Assembly (NCBI GenBank): GCA_049889215.1
Contig: JBMHDV010000027.1
Location: forward strand, 29,594-93,593
Source of the DNA: Candidatus Marinamargulisbacteria bacterium
Lineage (GTDB): Bacteria > Margulisbacteria > Marinamargulisbacteria > UBA817
Direction: 5' to 3'
Length of the DNA: 64,000 nt
How positions within the stretch are numbered: position 1 is the stretch's first letter; each line of letters opens with the position of its first letter. This document shows, in pieces, positions 33,030-42,470 of this stretch. The notes beneath the pieces are model-generated. The model was not told the DNA's origin, made no database searches, and worked only from the letters and a program-made list of their open reading frames with translations. The translations under genes and the position numbers were made by a program.

Positions 33030-34133
33030 CTAGAGAAGGTGTCCCAACACCTCATCCAATACCAAAAAGCCCTGATGGGTAATCATAAAATCATCCTCTG
33101 AAACATCCAAAACACCCAAATCAGCCATCTTACGTAATTCAGTTGAGAACTGCTGCGGCATATCAATACCAAATTGCTGTTGAACATGCTCAAACACCAA
33201 CGGTTCGCGCAAGCGCAACCGCGCCCCAATATAATCCGTCCACTCATTAGTTGTACCCTTAGCAAAAGCCGCAGGCAATTGATTCAAGTATCCCTCTATA
33301 TCAGGAATATTTTCATAGCGTCGCCCATCAAAAAAGCTATGGGCACCAGCTCCCAATCCAATGGTTGGATTTGACAATAAATATTTGGCATTATGCACCG
33401 CCATGCGGCCAGGCTTACAAAAATTAGATACCTCGTAATGCTCATAGCCATTTTCAAGCATCACCTGCTGAATCAATTGGTACTGATCCGCCTGATGATC
33501 GTCATTCACAGTCAAGCCCTGGGCACTAAATGGGGTATTCGGCTCCACTGCCAAGGCATAAATGGCCAAATGATCAAATTCATACCCTAAAAAGGTTGTT
33601 AACGAATGCCTTAACTGAGTGTTAGTTTGGATGGGATGCCCAAAAATAATATCCACATTCACGTTATTGATCCCCACGTCAGTCACCTGATCAATAAACG
33701 CCAAAGTATCACTAACCGTATGATTGCGGCCATACTGATCCAATACCGCCTGATTAAATGATTGGGCACCAATGCTTAACCGGTTTACCCCCATATCTTT
33801 ATAAAAGGTGAGCTTTGATTTGGCATGGACACCTGGATTCACCTCCATGGTAAACTCACACTCATCCGCTACATTAAACCGATCGTAAATAGCACTAACA
33901 AGGTGCTCAAAGGTGGCTTTCGCCAGCACATTGGGCGTACCACCACCAAAGTAAATAGTATCCACAGGAATTCGGCCATACTGTTGGGCATACCAATCAA
34001 TTTCAGCCAAACCGTTCGATAAAAATACGGACTCTAAATCTTTGTTTACTGGAACTTTATAAAACGCACAATACGGGCATAGTTTCATGCAAAATGGGAC
34101 ATGAACATATAAACCTGTTGAAGTTAAGTTCAA
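33030..34133 (-). CDS. hemW: Radical SAM HemN/HemW-family protein (heme chaperone / coproporphyrinogen dehydrogenase-like)
   Basis: CxxxCxYC cluster motif (CMKLCPYC), GGGTP motif, HemN-like core. Confidence 0.85.
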   Translation of the reverse strand: MNLTSTGLYVHVPFCMKLCPYCAFYKVPVNKDLESVFLSNGLAEIDWYAQQYGRIPVDTIYFGGGTPNVLAKATFEHLVSAIYDRFNVADECEFTMEVNPGVHAKSKLTFYKDMGVNRLSIGAQSFNQAVLDQYGRNHTVSDTLAFIDQVTDVGINNVNVDIIFGHPIQTNTQLRHSLTTFLGYEFDHLAIYALAVEPNTPFSAQGLTVNDDHQADQYQLIQQVMLENGYEHYEVSNFCKPGRMAVHNAKYLLSNPTIGLGAGAHSFFDGRRYENIPDIEGYLNQLPAAFAKGTTNEWTDYIGARLRLREPLVFEHVQQQFGIDMPQQFSTELRKMADLGVLDVSEDDFMITHQGFLVLDEVLGHLL

Positions 34134-34138
34134 CTGAA

Positions 34139-35176
34139 TTAATCAGTAATCAATGCTTTTTTGAAGACTTCAATTTCGTCGAGTGCTTTACCGGTACCCA
34201 ACGCAACACATTTTAATGGGTCCTCAGCAATGCGAGTAACGATATTGGTTTGTTCTTGAATATGACGATCCAAGCCTTTTAACAAGGCACCACCACCAGC
34301 AAGCGTAATACCCAAATCCATAATATCAGATGATAATTCTGGGGGCGTCTTTTCTAATGTTTGGCGAATACCATCAACAATTGTTGTAATGGTATCTTTT
34401 AAGGCTTCTCGAATTTCTAATGATGTAAATGTAAATGTTTTAGGTAATCCAGACACCAAGTCACGACCACGGACTTCCATGGACTTTTCTTCTTCACATT
34501 CAGTAGCAGACCCCAACTGGATTTTTACATCCTCAGCAGTTCGCTCACCAATCAATAAACGATAGTTTTCACGGCAGTGGGATATAATGGCTTCATCCAT
34601 TTCGTCACCAGCCACTCGAATTGACTTGGCAACAACAATACCACCCAAAGAAATAATAGCAACCTCTGTTGTACCACCACCAATGTCTACAACCATACTA
34701 CCTGATGGTTCTGATACTGGTAACGATGCACCTATCGCCGCAGCCATTGGCTCTTCCAATAAATAGGCTTCACTTGCACCAGCTTGATACGCTGCATCTA
34801 ATACAGCACGTTTTTCAACACCAGTAATCCCGGATGGAATACCAATAATGATACGTGGTTTTGCAACAAATAGCTTACGATCCAATGCCTTACGAATGAA
34901 GTGCTTCAACATGGTTTCAGTAATATCAAAATCAGCAATAACACCATCACGAAGTGGACGAACTGCCACAACATTACCCGGCGTACGACCGATCATCCGC
35001 TTGGCATCATCACCAACCGCTAAAACAAGATTCTTTTTAGAGTCCAAAGCGACAACAGAAGGTTCTTGAATAACAACCCCTTTACCACGAACAAATACAA
35101 GCACGTTGGCTGTACCTAAATCAATACCTAAATCACAATTTAATGAGGGAAACAACTTAACCAATGCACGGCGCAT
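34139..35176 (-). CDS. mreB: Rod shape-determining protein MreB
   Basis: [14 protein letters not shown] phosphate-1 motif and actin-fold motifs; start set at ATG 35176 with AAGGAG SD (ORF extends to 35218). Confidence 0.95.
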   Translation of the reverse strand: MRRALVKLFPSLNCDLGIDLGTANVLVFVRGKGVVIQEPSVVALDSKKNLVLAVGDDAKRMIGRTPGNVVAVRPLRDGVIADFDITETMLKHFIRKALDRKLFVAKPRIIIGIPSGITGVEKRAVLDAAYQAGASEAYLLEEPMAAAIGASLPVSEPSGSMVVDIGGGTTEVAIISLGGIVVAKSIRVAGDEMDEAIISHCRENYRLLIGERTAEDVKIQLGSATECEEEKSMEVRGRDLVSGLPKTFTFTSLEIREALKDTITTIVDGIRQTLEKTPPELSSDIMDLGITLAGGGALLKGLDRHIQEQTNIVTRIAEDPLKCVALGTGKALDEIEVFKKALITD

Positions 35177-35242
35177 AGAAAACTCCTTGAAAGTAGTATG
35201 TAAATTATACCAGATCAAGAAACCTTCGAAAAGTACTTAAAT

Positions 35243-35890
35243 TTATGGAACAACCGCGACTTTACCGCGACCAATCACTTTACCCTCGTGAATGAAAAGG
35301 TAAAAATAAACGCCTGCAGACATCTCATAGCCATTTAACTCTTCTTTATTAAAATCGATCTCATTTTTACCGCCTCGGCCACACGAACTATTTGCTGGGC
35401 ATTCTTTGCGCCAAATGCGATGCCCAAACACATCATACATTTGCACTTCCATGTCAAATGCCTTAGATAGAGTGTAGTACAGCGTACCTCCATTTTTGCC
35501 TGTTGCTTTGTTTACATTAGAAAATCGAAATGGGTTTGGGTAAAACAAAGGCTCCGTCGTTAGTCGAGATTCCGTATTTTCAAGCATCGCGATATCATCA
35601 ACAGATAAATCACCGTTAGCCAGGTCATAACCAAAGGTATTAAATACAACACGACCTACAACAACCCCATCACTGTACGAAACACCACTATTAACAAACC
35701 AGAGCCCTCGAACATCCAACGATCCATCTTGACTGGATGCAATCACATTGGACTTACTAACGTTACCACTCTGAGATGTCGCCTTAATTGCCGTATTAAT
35801 ATCAAATGAGGATATCGAAACCTTCGCTGAAACGCTAAATGTCGTTGCAACAATAAATGTAAATAAATAAATATACTGATTAAAAGGCAT
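35243..35890 (-). CDS. Secreted protein with C-terminal T9SS/FlgD-Ig-like sorting-type domain
   Basis: Signal peptide; C-terminal ~90 aa: YPNPF...VQMYDVFGHRIW...SAGVYFYLFIHEGKVIGRGKVAVVP. Confidence 0.55.
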   Translation of the reverse strand: MPFNQYIYLFTFIVATTFSVSAKVSISSFDINTAIKATSQSGNVSKSNVIASSQDGSLDVRGLWFVNSGVSYSDGVVVGRVVFNTFGYDLANGDLSVDDIAMLENTESRLTTEPLFYPNPFRFSNVNKATGKNGGTLYYTLSKAFDMEVQMYDVFGHRIWRKECPANSSCGRGGKNEIDFNKEELNGYEMSAGVYFYLFIHEGKVIGRGKVAVVP

Positions 35891-35918
35891 TATTTCCCCC
35901 TCTACCTAATAATATTCC

Positions 35919-35943
35919 CGATGTTTTTGAATTTAAAACATCG
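35919..35943 (-). terminator. Hairpin downstream of metG
   Basis: Perfect 9-bp inverted repeat cgatgtttt / aaaacatcg with 7-nt loop, 17 nt after metG stop. Confidence 0.35.
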
Positions 35944-35959
35944 AAGAAAATTAATATAT

Positions 35960-37588
35960 TTATGCGTTAGCTAAAATTAATTTCTCGACATCCTCTAGTG
36001 TTAGCCGCTTTAAAACATGTTGATACGGCTGAACCGAAGAATGAGTAACATGCGAATTTAAATCAGCCCATTGCTGTTGGGGAAGATTTAAAAAAGCAAA
36101 TAGCTTGGATGTAATTGTTGGTAACACTGGGGATAAATAAATCGATAGTATTCGTAACGCATTTAATGCCACAGAACACACCTTCCTAGCCGCCTCTGGA
36201 TCATCTTTAACCAACGCCCACGGCGCCTTTTCATCAATGTATTTATTGGCCAAATCCGCACACTCCATAATACGACGCATGCACTTATTAGTTTCTAACG
36301 CATCATAAGCAGCTTTAATATCATCTGCAGCGGCCAAAACCTCAGCCAACATGACCTGACCATCGGTATCTAAATCGCCTAGCTGACCATCCAGCTTTTT
36401 AGTAACAATTGACCCAGTTCTACTGGCAATATTCACAAACTTGCCTAAAACATCTGAATTAATTTTAGTTACAAAATCATCAAGGTTAAAATCGATGTCA
36501 TCCATGGATGACGTTAACTTTGCTGCATAATAATAGCGCAAAATATCCGTATCCAATTGCTGGGCATAATCGCGAGCCAAAATAAATGTGCCTCGGCTTT
36601 TGGACATTTTCTCACCATTTACTGTTAAAAAGCCATGAATATGTACCTTTTTTGGTTGATTAAAACCAGCAACCGCCAACATTGCCGGCCAAAAAAGTGT
36701 GTGAAAATACATAATGTCTTTACCAATGAAGTGATGAATTTCAACATCATCATTCTTCCAAAATGCGTCATGAGATTGCTGACGTGTGGTTGCCCAAGCC
36801 TCGGTGGTCGCAATATACCCAATAGGGGCATCCAACCACACATAAAAGTATTTATCATCTGTTCCTGGAATCTTAAAGCCAAAATACGGTGCATCGCGCG
36901 AAATATCCCACGGCTTTAATTCACCATCCAACCATTCATTTAGCTTGTTTTTCACTGGCTGAGTAACAGGGTCGGTGGCCAACCAATCAACAATGGCACT
37001 TCGATAATGCTCTAAATTGAAGAAATAGTGCGTAGAATCTTTTAACACCGGTGGCTGTCCGGATAATACAGATACCGGATCAATCAAATCCGTTGCTGAA
37101 TACGTCGCATAGCATTTTTCACAGGCATCCCCATATTGATCCTCAGCACCACATTTTGGGCAAGTCCCTTTAATGTAACGATCCGCCAAAAATAGCCCCT
37201 TATCTTCATCAAAATACTGCTGAATATCTTTTTTTATAATGCCACCATCTGCATGCGCAGAATTATAAACATGTTCAGATAACACACGATTTTCATCACT
37301 ATGAGTTGAGTAATAATGATCATACGAAATATTAAATTGCTCGAAATCAGCGATATGTTGCTGTTTGACCCGTTCAATAAATTCCTCTGGCCGTACACCT
37401 TCGCTTTCAGCGCTTAACATAATGGCAGTACCATGCGCATCATCTGCACACATGTAATAACACTGATGCCCCACTAATTTTTGGAATCGAACAAAAATAT
37501 CGGTTTGAACATGCTCCACCATATGCCCCAAATGAATGTCGCCATTTGCATAGGGTAGTGCACTAGTTACAAGAAAGGTTTTTGACAT
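35960..37588 (-). CDS. metG: Methionine--tRNA ligase
   Basis: HIGH-type motif (PYANGDIHLGH), zinc knuckles CPKCG...CEKC, KMSKS. Confidence 0.95.
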   Translation of the reverse strand: MSKTFLVTSALPYANGDIHLGHMVEHVQTDIFVRFQKLVGHQCYYMCADDAHGTAIMLSAESEGVRPEEFIERVKQQHIADFEQFNISYDHYYSTHSDENRVLSEHVYNSAHADGGIIKKDIQQYFDEDKGLFLADRYIKGTCPKCGAEDQYGDACEKCYATYSATDLIDPVSVLSGQPPVLKDSTHYFFNLEHYRSAIVDWLATDPVTQPVKNKLNEWLDGELKPWDISRDAPYFGFKIPGTDDKYFYVWLDAPIGYIATTEAWATTRQQSHDAFWKNDDVEIHHFIGKDIMYFHTLFWPAMLAVAGFNQPKKVHIHGFLTVNGEKMSKSRGTFILARDYAQQLDTDILRYYYAAKLTSSMDDIDFNLDDFVTKINSDVLGKFVNIASRTGSIVTKKLDGQLGDLDTDGQVMLAEVLAAADDIKAAYDALETNKCMRRIMECADLANKYIDEKAPWALVKDDPEAARKVCSVALNALRILSIYLSPVLPTITSKLFAFLNLPQQQWADLNSHVTHSSVQPYQHVLKRLTLEDVEKLILANA

Positions 37589-37661
37589 AAAGAAAAGTAT
37601 AGCACATTCAATTCAAAAGCCATGAATGCTTATAATACAGTTAATCGACTCAGCCTTTGCT

Positions 37662-38717
37662 TTACAGCCGGGCATGGGATAGCGATGGAACTACGGGTTG
37701 CCAATGAATGCCACTATTTAACAAGCACCGTGACTGGGGATTGGCATTCACTAAACTTTGCACATCATCACTCGACAACTGTCCAACCGTATCTTCATTA
37801 ATATTTTGATTCGAGTATGTAAATTTCTGAACTAAGTATCTTTTATTGGGATCTACACGACTACCACGATCTTTTATGATAAATTGCGGAACACCTGAGC
37901 TTTTTTTTGCATTCACACGAACAGCTGCAATGGCACATATATCAGCAAATTGACCAGCAGGATTGCCTGAATACCGCTTATTTTCAAAATAATTACCAAT
38001 TAAATCGTTTAAATGGCACCCCGGCATTAATAAATCAAAATGCCCCTCCCACGTGTCCTCCACTTCTTTGCGAACTTCATCTAAAAAATCTAAATACCCA
38101 TCACCTCTTAACTTTAAATGGTGGTCCTCTGTAAGCGGTCCCCCATTTAATGGCTCAACCGATGCCGCTCGTAATAAACAATGACCACAACCAGCTGTTT
38201 GTAGAATCCACAAATCATTTCTTTTTTGTTTCAATTCACTATAAGTTGGAGGCTGCTTTGGATCACAATGATAAGTTCGATACTGCCTAATATTATGTAA
38301 CGCAGTGGCCACATTCAATTGCGCATTCAGTTTTGTTGATTGTGAATCATCAAAGTTGTTACCTTCTTCCATTGGTTGATCTAGACTCTGGATAATTTGA
38401 TCGTTTAAACGATTGATTTGCTGATCAAGTAATTTGTAATTAGGCGTTGGTTTCAATGCCTGATTGACGGCCAATGAAATTTCTTCCGCTTCTTTAGGTT
38501 CAAATTCATAGAGTTGTTGCGGCAGAATAGCCAACTTTAATGAGTCAATAAAATCACGCTGAACAGGCGTTAGCTGTTGATTGTCAAACTTCTCCAACTG
38601 CCCCCCTGTAATATCACCCTGATCTAGCAACTGATTCAACTGTTGCTCCACTGTTGTTCCCTGAGTGCCTTGTTTTGATATCCCATGATGAGGATTAGGC
38701 CCTATAAACATGCTCAT
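37662..38717 (-). CDS. Hypothetical protein with Cys/His motif pair (GCGHCLLRA ... EGHFDLL); possible papain-fold (OTU-like) hydrolase or thiol-disulfide protein
   Basis: 351-aa ORF, Gln-rich N-terminus, motifs read directly from translation. Confidence 0.45.
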   Translation of the reverse strand: MSMFIGPNPHHGISKQGTQGTTVEQQLNQLLDQGDITGGQLEKFDNQQLTPVQRDFIDSLKLAILPQQLYEFEPKEAEEISLAVNQALKPTPNYKLLDQQINRLNDQIIQSLDQPMEEGNNFDDSQSTKLNAQLNVATALHNIRQYRTYHCDPKQPPTYSELKQKRNDLWILQTAGCGHCLLRAASVEPLNGGPLTEDHHLKLRGDGYLDFLDEVRKEVEDTWEGHFDLLMPGCHLNDLIGNYFENKRYSGNPAGQFADICAIAAVRVNAKKSSGVPQFIIKDRGSRVDPNKRYLVQKFTYSNQNINEDTVGQLSSDDVQSLVNANPQSRCLLNSGIHWQPVVPSLSHARL

Positions 38718-40238
38718 AATTTAGATGCTCCTTTACATAAGGGATTATCGATCAAGGCGAAGCAAACCTTTAAAATTGACAAAGCAACACAAAAGTGTAC
38801 AATAAATGAACATATGGATCATGATAATCAACTGGTTGATATCAACCAACTGTTTAATCATTGGATGACACAAATTGAAACCAATGAGCATTACAAAGAA
38901 CTCAGTCACGATGAACTCAGTCGAATTCAACAAAATTCGAAAGACTTTTTATCAAGGTGCATGACGTCCACACCTGAATTAAAAAACATTGATCCAAATG
39001 CGGTAAAACCGTTATTAGAATTCCTTCGTAACATACGAAAGGTTCATGAACAGCAAGGCCTATCCATTCGAGATACCACCCTGCTGACGTTGTCTTTAAA
39101 ATCCAGCCTTACTGAATATTTAAAAACGTTGGATAAAAGCACGCCAATATTTGATGAGCTTAATCACCTACTGGATATGTTTAGCATTTTATCATTTGAA
39201 CTTTATTCCCATGAACAAGAGTCCCTAATTGGTCAGCAAGCCGAACAAATTAAATACCTACAAACCACCGAGGGACAAGCGTTTGGTACTTTGATCGGAC
39301 AATCTCATGCAATGAAAATTGTCTACCAAGCCATTGGCCTAATTTTAGAAAACGATGTCAGTGTATTACTGCAAGGTGAAAGTGGCACAGGTAAAGACGT
39401 CATAGCCAATGTTATCCATCAACACTCCAACAGAAAGCACCATCCTTTTATTGCGATCAATTGCGGTGCCATACCAGATAACTTGATCGAATCCGAACTT
39501 TTTGGTCATGAACAAGGGGCCTTTACGGGTGCTGATAAAGAACGTATCGGAAAATTTGAACTCGCAAATGACGGCACCATCTTCCTTGATGAAATTAGTG
39601 AATTAAGCTTGGATCAACAAACAAAACTTTTACGTGTCATTCAAAACCAGGAAGTTGAACGAATTGGAGGAAGCAAAAAAATCCCAATTAATGTTCGAAT
39701 TATTGCCGCATCCAATCAACCACTAGAAACATTGGTCGACGAAAAAAAGTTTCGAATGGACTTATTTTATAGAATCAACGTGTTCCCAATACATTTGCCA
39801 AAATTAATTGACCGCGAAAACGATGTTTTACTCCTTGCCAACCATTTTATTGAAAAATATAGCCAAAAAATGAAAATCCCCATCGCAAACTTAACTCAAT
39901 CGGGTGCAAACCACTTAATAAACCAACGCTGGCCAGGGAATATTCGAGAACTTGAGAATACCATTCAACGCGCCATTATTATTGCCAATGGAAAAGACAT
40001 TACTGATCGCATCCTTAGTTACACACCAGGACAAACATCCATAATCCCACAATTACCCACACCCACACCTAAGATACCCCCCCCTTTTGAAGTGCAATCG
40101 CTCGAAGAAAATGAAGCCAAATTTATTCAGCAAACACTACAACACTTTAAAGGGAACATTAAAAAAACAGCAGAAACGCTAAAGGTATCTCGAACGACGC
40201 TTTACAACAAATGCAAAAAGTATAAAATTGAAATTTAA
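38685..40238 (+). CDS. Sigma-54-dependent transcriptional activator (AAA+ with GAFTGA, C-terminal Fis-type HTH), non-receiver N-terminal domain
   Basis: Walker A GESGTGKD, GAFTGA, Walker B IFLDEISEL, arginine finger region, C-terminal TAETLKVSRTTLYNKCKK; true start may be ATG 38814. Confidence 0.85.
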   Translation: MMRIRPYKHAHNLDAPLHKGLSIKAKQTFKIDKATQKCTINEHMDHDNQLVDINQLFNHWMTQIETNEHYKELSHDELSRIQQNSKDFLSRCMTSTPELKNIDPNAVKPLLEFLRNIRKVHEQQGLSIRDTTLLTLSLKSSLTEYLKTLDKSTPIFDELNHLLDMFSILSFELYSHEQESLIGQQAEQIKYLQTTEGQAFGTLIGQSHAMKIVYQAIGLILENDVSVLLQGESGTGKDVIANVIHQHSNRKHHPFIAINCGAIPDNLIESELFGHEQGAFTGADKERIGKFELANDGTIFLDEISELSLDQQTKLLRVIQNQEVERIGGSKKIPINVRIIAASNQPLETLVDEKKFRMDLFYRINVFPIHLPKLIDRENDVLLLANHFIEKYSQKMKIPIANLTQSGANHLINQRWPGNIRELENTIQRAIIIANGKDITDRILSYTPGQTSIIPQLPTPTPKIPPPFEVQSLEENEAKFIQQTLQHFKGNIKKTAETLKVSRTTLYNKCKKYKIEI

Positions 40239-40242
40239 TCGA

Positions 40243-40827
40243 TTATAAAAATGGAATCATTGCTCTATCAAGAGTAAATGAAAGATTTGCTTTTAGAAAT
40301 GCCATTGGATTTGGCACAGATCGGTCATAAGATCGCTGAACAGAGACTGCTAGATCTAAAAACACATTCTTTTTCCAGTGAATTCGCTGACCAAACTCAA
40401 CTGAAATCATTAAATCCCACGTTGAATAGTGATTAAAACCAAATAATCCTTGCAAATAAACATCTGAATCAATAAATCCTTTATCTAGGTATAATCGACC
40501 ACCTCCCATAATTCCCAGGTCGCCAGTTTGTGATTGAAATTGCTCCTGAGGATTGACATGGACATGCAATATAGTTGCCCAGCCAGCATTCCTTGCAGCT
40601 TCATAAGACAGTTGAATGTCTCCACGAGCAATCAACGCTTCCAAATTAGTAGAAATCATTTGTTTTTGTTTATTTTGTAACGAAATAACTTTCGATGATT
40701 TAGCTACAGAGGAAGGGTTCAATTGTATCGTTGATGAAGAAGAAGAACCCCCTTCTTCAAATAAAGTCTGGGCTGAAAGTGATGTGCTTAAAAAAACAGC
40801 AATAAAGAAAACATTAAAAAATCTCAT
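40243..40827 (-). CDS. Secreted hypothetical protein (possible outer-membrane protein)
   Basis: Signal peptide MRFFNVFFIAVFLSTSLSA; start set at internal Met to avoid overlap; ORF extends to 40863. Confidence 0.4.
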   Translation of the reverse strand: MRFFNVFFIAVFLSTSLSAQTLFEEGGSSSSSTIQLNPSSVAKSSKVISLQNKQKQMISTNLEALIARGDIQLSYEAARNAGWATILHVHVNPQEQFQSQTGDLGIMGGGRLYLDKGFIDSDVYLQGLFGFNHYSTWDLMISVEFGQRIHWKKNVFLDLAVSVQRSYDRSVPNPMAFLKANLSFTLDRAMIPFL

Positions 40828-40828
40828 A

Positions 40829-41824
40829 ATGTCTATTATAATCATCTTTAAGCAAGGATGCATTAACTTTCTTATGTTTTACTTAATCACTGGTGAAAAC
40901 ACCACTTTAATTGAAGATGAAAAAAACAGAATTCTGACAGAATTCAAAGACATTCCCTTTGAAGACAGTAAAACAACATCATTAAATGAATTTATTCATG
41001 CAACAGAAGCTTGTGATATGTTTTCCCCCCAAAAGGGGTTTATTTGTACCAATCCAAAGTGGCTAAAAAAAGTTGATAAAATTAATATTGCATCCTTAGA
41101 ACAATGCTTAAAAAACGCCCACAACTTTAAACTGCCCATTATCATTATTGCAACAAAAATAGATAAACGCTCTGCATGTTACAAACTATTTAAAAAACAA
41201 CATGCAATAGAACTGAATTGCCCAGAATTTAAAGAATGGGAAAGCCAAAAAGTCATTGATTGGATATTATCTTATTGTCAAAATCAAGGAACAACCATTA
41301 ATTCAAAATCAGCACAAATGCTAATTAATGCATACGGCAACAATCTTGGCATAATCAAACAAGAAATTAACAAGTGCTTAATTACAATTTTACCTGAAAA
41401 AACCATTACTGAAGAACACCTTCTTCACGCATCTAGCAATTCAATGGGCGAGTATAATCAACTATCCAGTGCTATAAAAACAGGAAACATACAAAATATC
41501 CTTAAACACATATTTAATCTTTTAGAACAAAAAGAAGACGCCCACAAAATTATGAACCAACTTGTGTTTCAAATCAACCAACTCATACCGTTAAGTCTAG
41601 GGGACACTCAACAAATGCAGTCCGATCAATTGGCAACCAAGCTAGGCAAACATCCTTTTTTCATTAAAAAACAACTGGAAAGCCTTCAAAAAAATACATT
41701 GAAGCATAAACTGCCCAATATCATTCAAAAATTAGGTGCAATGGATCTGGCTATTAAATCTGGGAAACAAAGTGCAAAACAAGCACTCATTGATCTTTCA
41801 AACCTCCTAAAATATCAAATATAA
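40829..41824 (+). CDS. holA: DNA polymerase III delta subunit-like
   Basis: N-terminal FYLITGEN and overall helical delta-subunit pattern; start set at ATG 40829 (ORF begins 40616). Confidence 0.6.
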   Translation: MSIIIIFKQGCINFLMFYLITGENTTLIEDEKNRILTEFKDIPFEDSKTTSLNEFIHATEACDMFSPQKGFICTNPKWLKKVDKINIASLEQCLKNAHNFKLPIIIIATKIDKRSACYKLFKKQHAIELNCPEFKEWESQKVIDWILSYCQNQGTTINSKSAQMLINAYGNNLGIIKQEINKCLITILPEKTITEEHLLHASSNSMGEYNQLSSAIKTGNIQNILKHIFNLLEQKEDAHKIMNQLVFQINQLIPLSLGDTQQMQSDQLATKLGKHPFFIKKQLESLQKNTLKHKLPNIIQKLGAMDLAIKSGKQSAKQALIDLSNLLKYQI

Positions 41825-41876
41825 TCAATGCATAAAACACCCTATAATGAGCGATACTCATATTAGAGGTAGATAT

Positions 41877-42209
41877 ATGGATGAATTTAAGGTCAATAAT
41901 CAATTTGAACAAAAACTAAACAAAAAAAATGAACTGTCAAAACAAGAACGCGATGAATTTGAGTCTGAATTAGAAGAAATCAATCGACTAATCGAACAAA
42001 ATCTTGATGATGACTCAGAGATCACAGAAACAAAAACCACCACTGTTGATCCAATCAAAGAACCAACCAATCCCACAACAACCATTGCCGATAAAAGCAA
42101 TGAATTAGGGAATGCTAAATGGCACCGCGAACAACTACAACGACAAGAGATATTCAAAAACAGTGATCCACACGGCAAAAACAAAAAAGCAGCCGGCGAA
42201 GACATTTAA
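41877..42209 (+). CDS. Small acidic hypothetical protein
   Basis: ATG 41877 preceded by AGAGG; TATAAT-like box at 41843-41848. Confidence 0.35.
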   Translation: MDEFKVNNQFEQKLNKKNELSKQERDEFESELEEINRLIEQNLDDDSEITETKTTTVDPIKEPTNPTTTIADKSNELGNAKWHREQLQRQEIFKNSDPHGKNKKAAGEDI

Positions 42210-42470
42210 ATGTCAGACATTGGCCCTATCTCTGCCGATCTCCCATCTCTTGCAGAAGAGGTAATAAATTCACCTGACACAATTTCGACAACTTGTCGCG
42301 CATGTGTTGAGTCATCATCATCGGTTGATGAACTTAGCGATAAACTAAAGATACTTGAAGAAAGCATAGGAAACAGCTCGCCAGCAACAATTCAAATGAT
42401 CAATGAAATCAAAACAATGATTGAATCAGATACGAGTTTATCAGAAATCCAATCCAAACTGTCCAGTTAA
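42210..42470 (+). CDS. Small Ser-rich hypothetical protein
   Basis: 86-aa ORF immediately following previous ORF. Confidence 0.3.
   Translation: MSDIGPISADLPSLAEEVINSPDTISTTCRACVESSSSVDELSDKLKILEESIGNSSPATIQMINEIKTMIESDTSLSEIQSKLSS

Noticed and set aside
35177-35218. N-terminal extension of mreB
   Set aside because: Internal ATG at 35176 has a clear AAGGAG Shine-Dalgarno and matches the conserved MreB N-terminus
40827-40831. Overlapping divergent starts of holA and the secreted-protein gene
   Set aside because: Start codons of both genes are uncertain; overlap is probably an artefact of start choice
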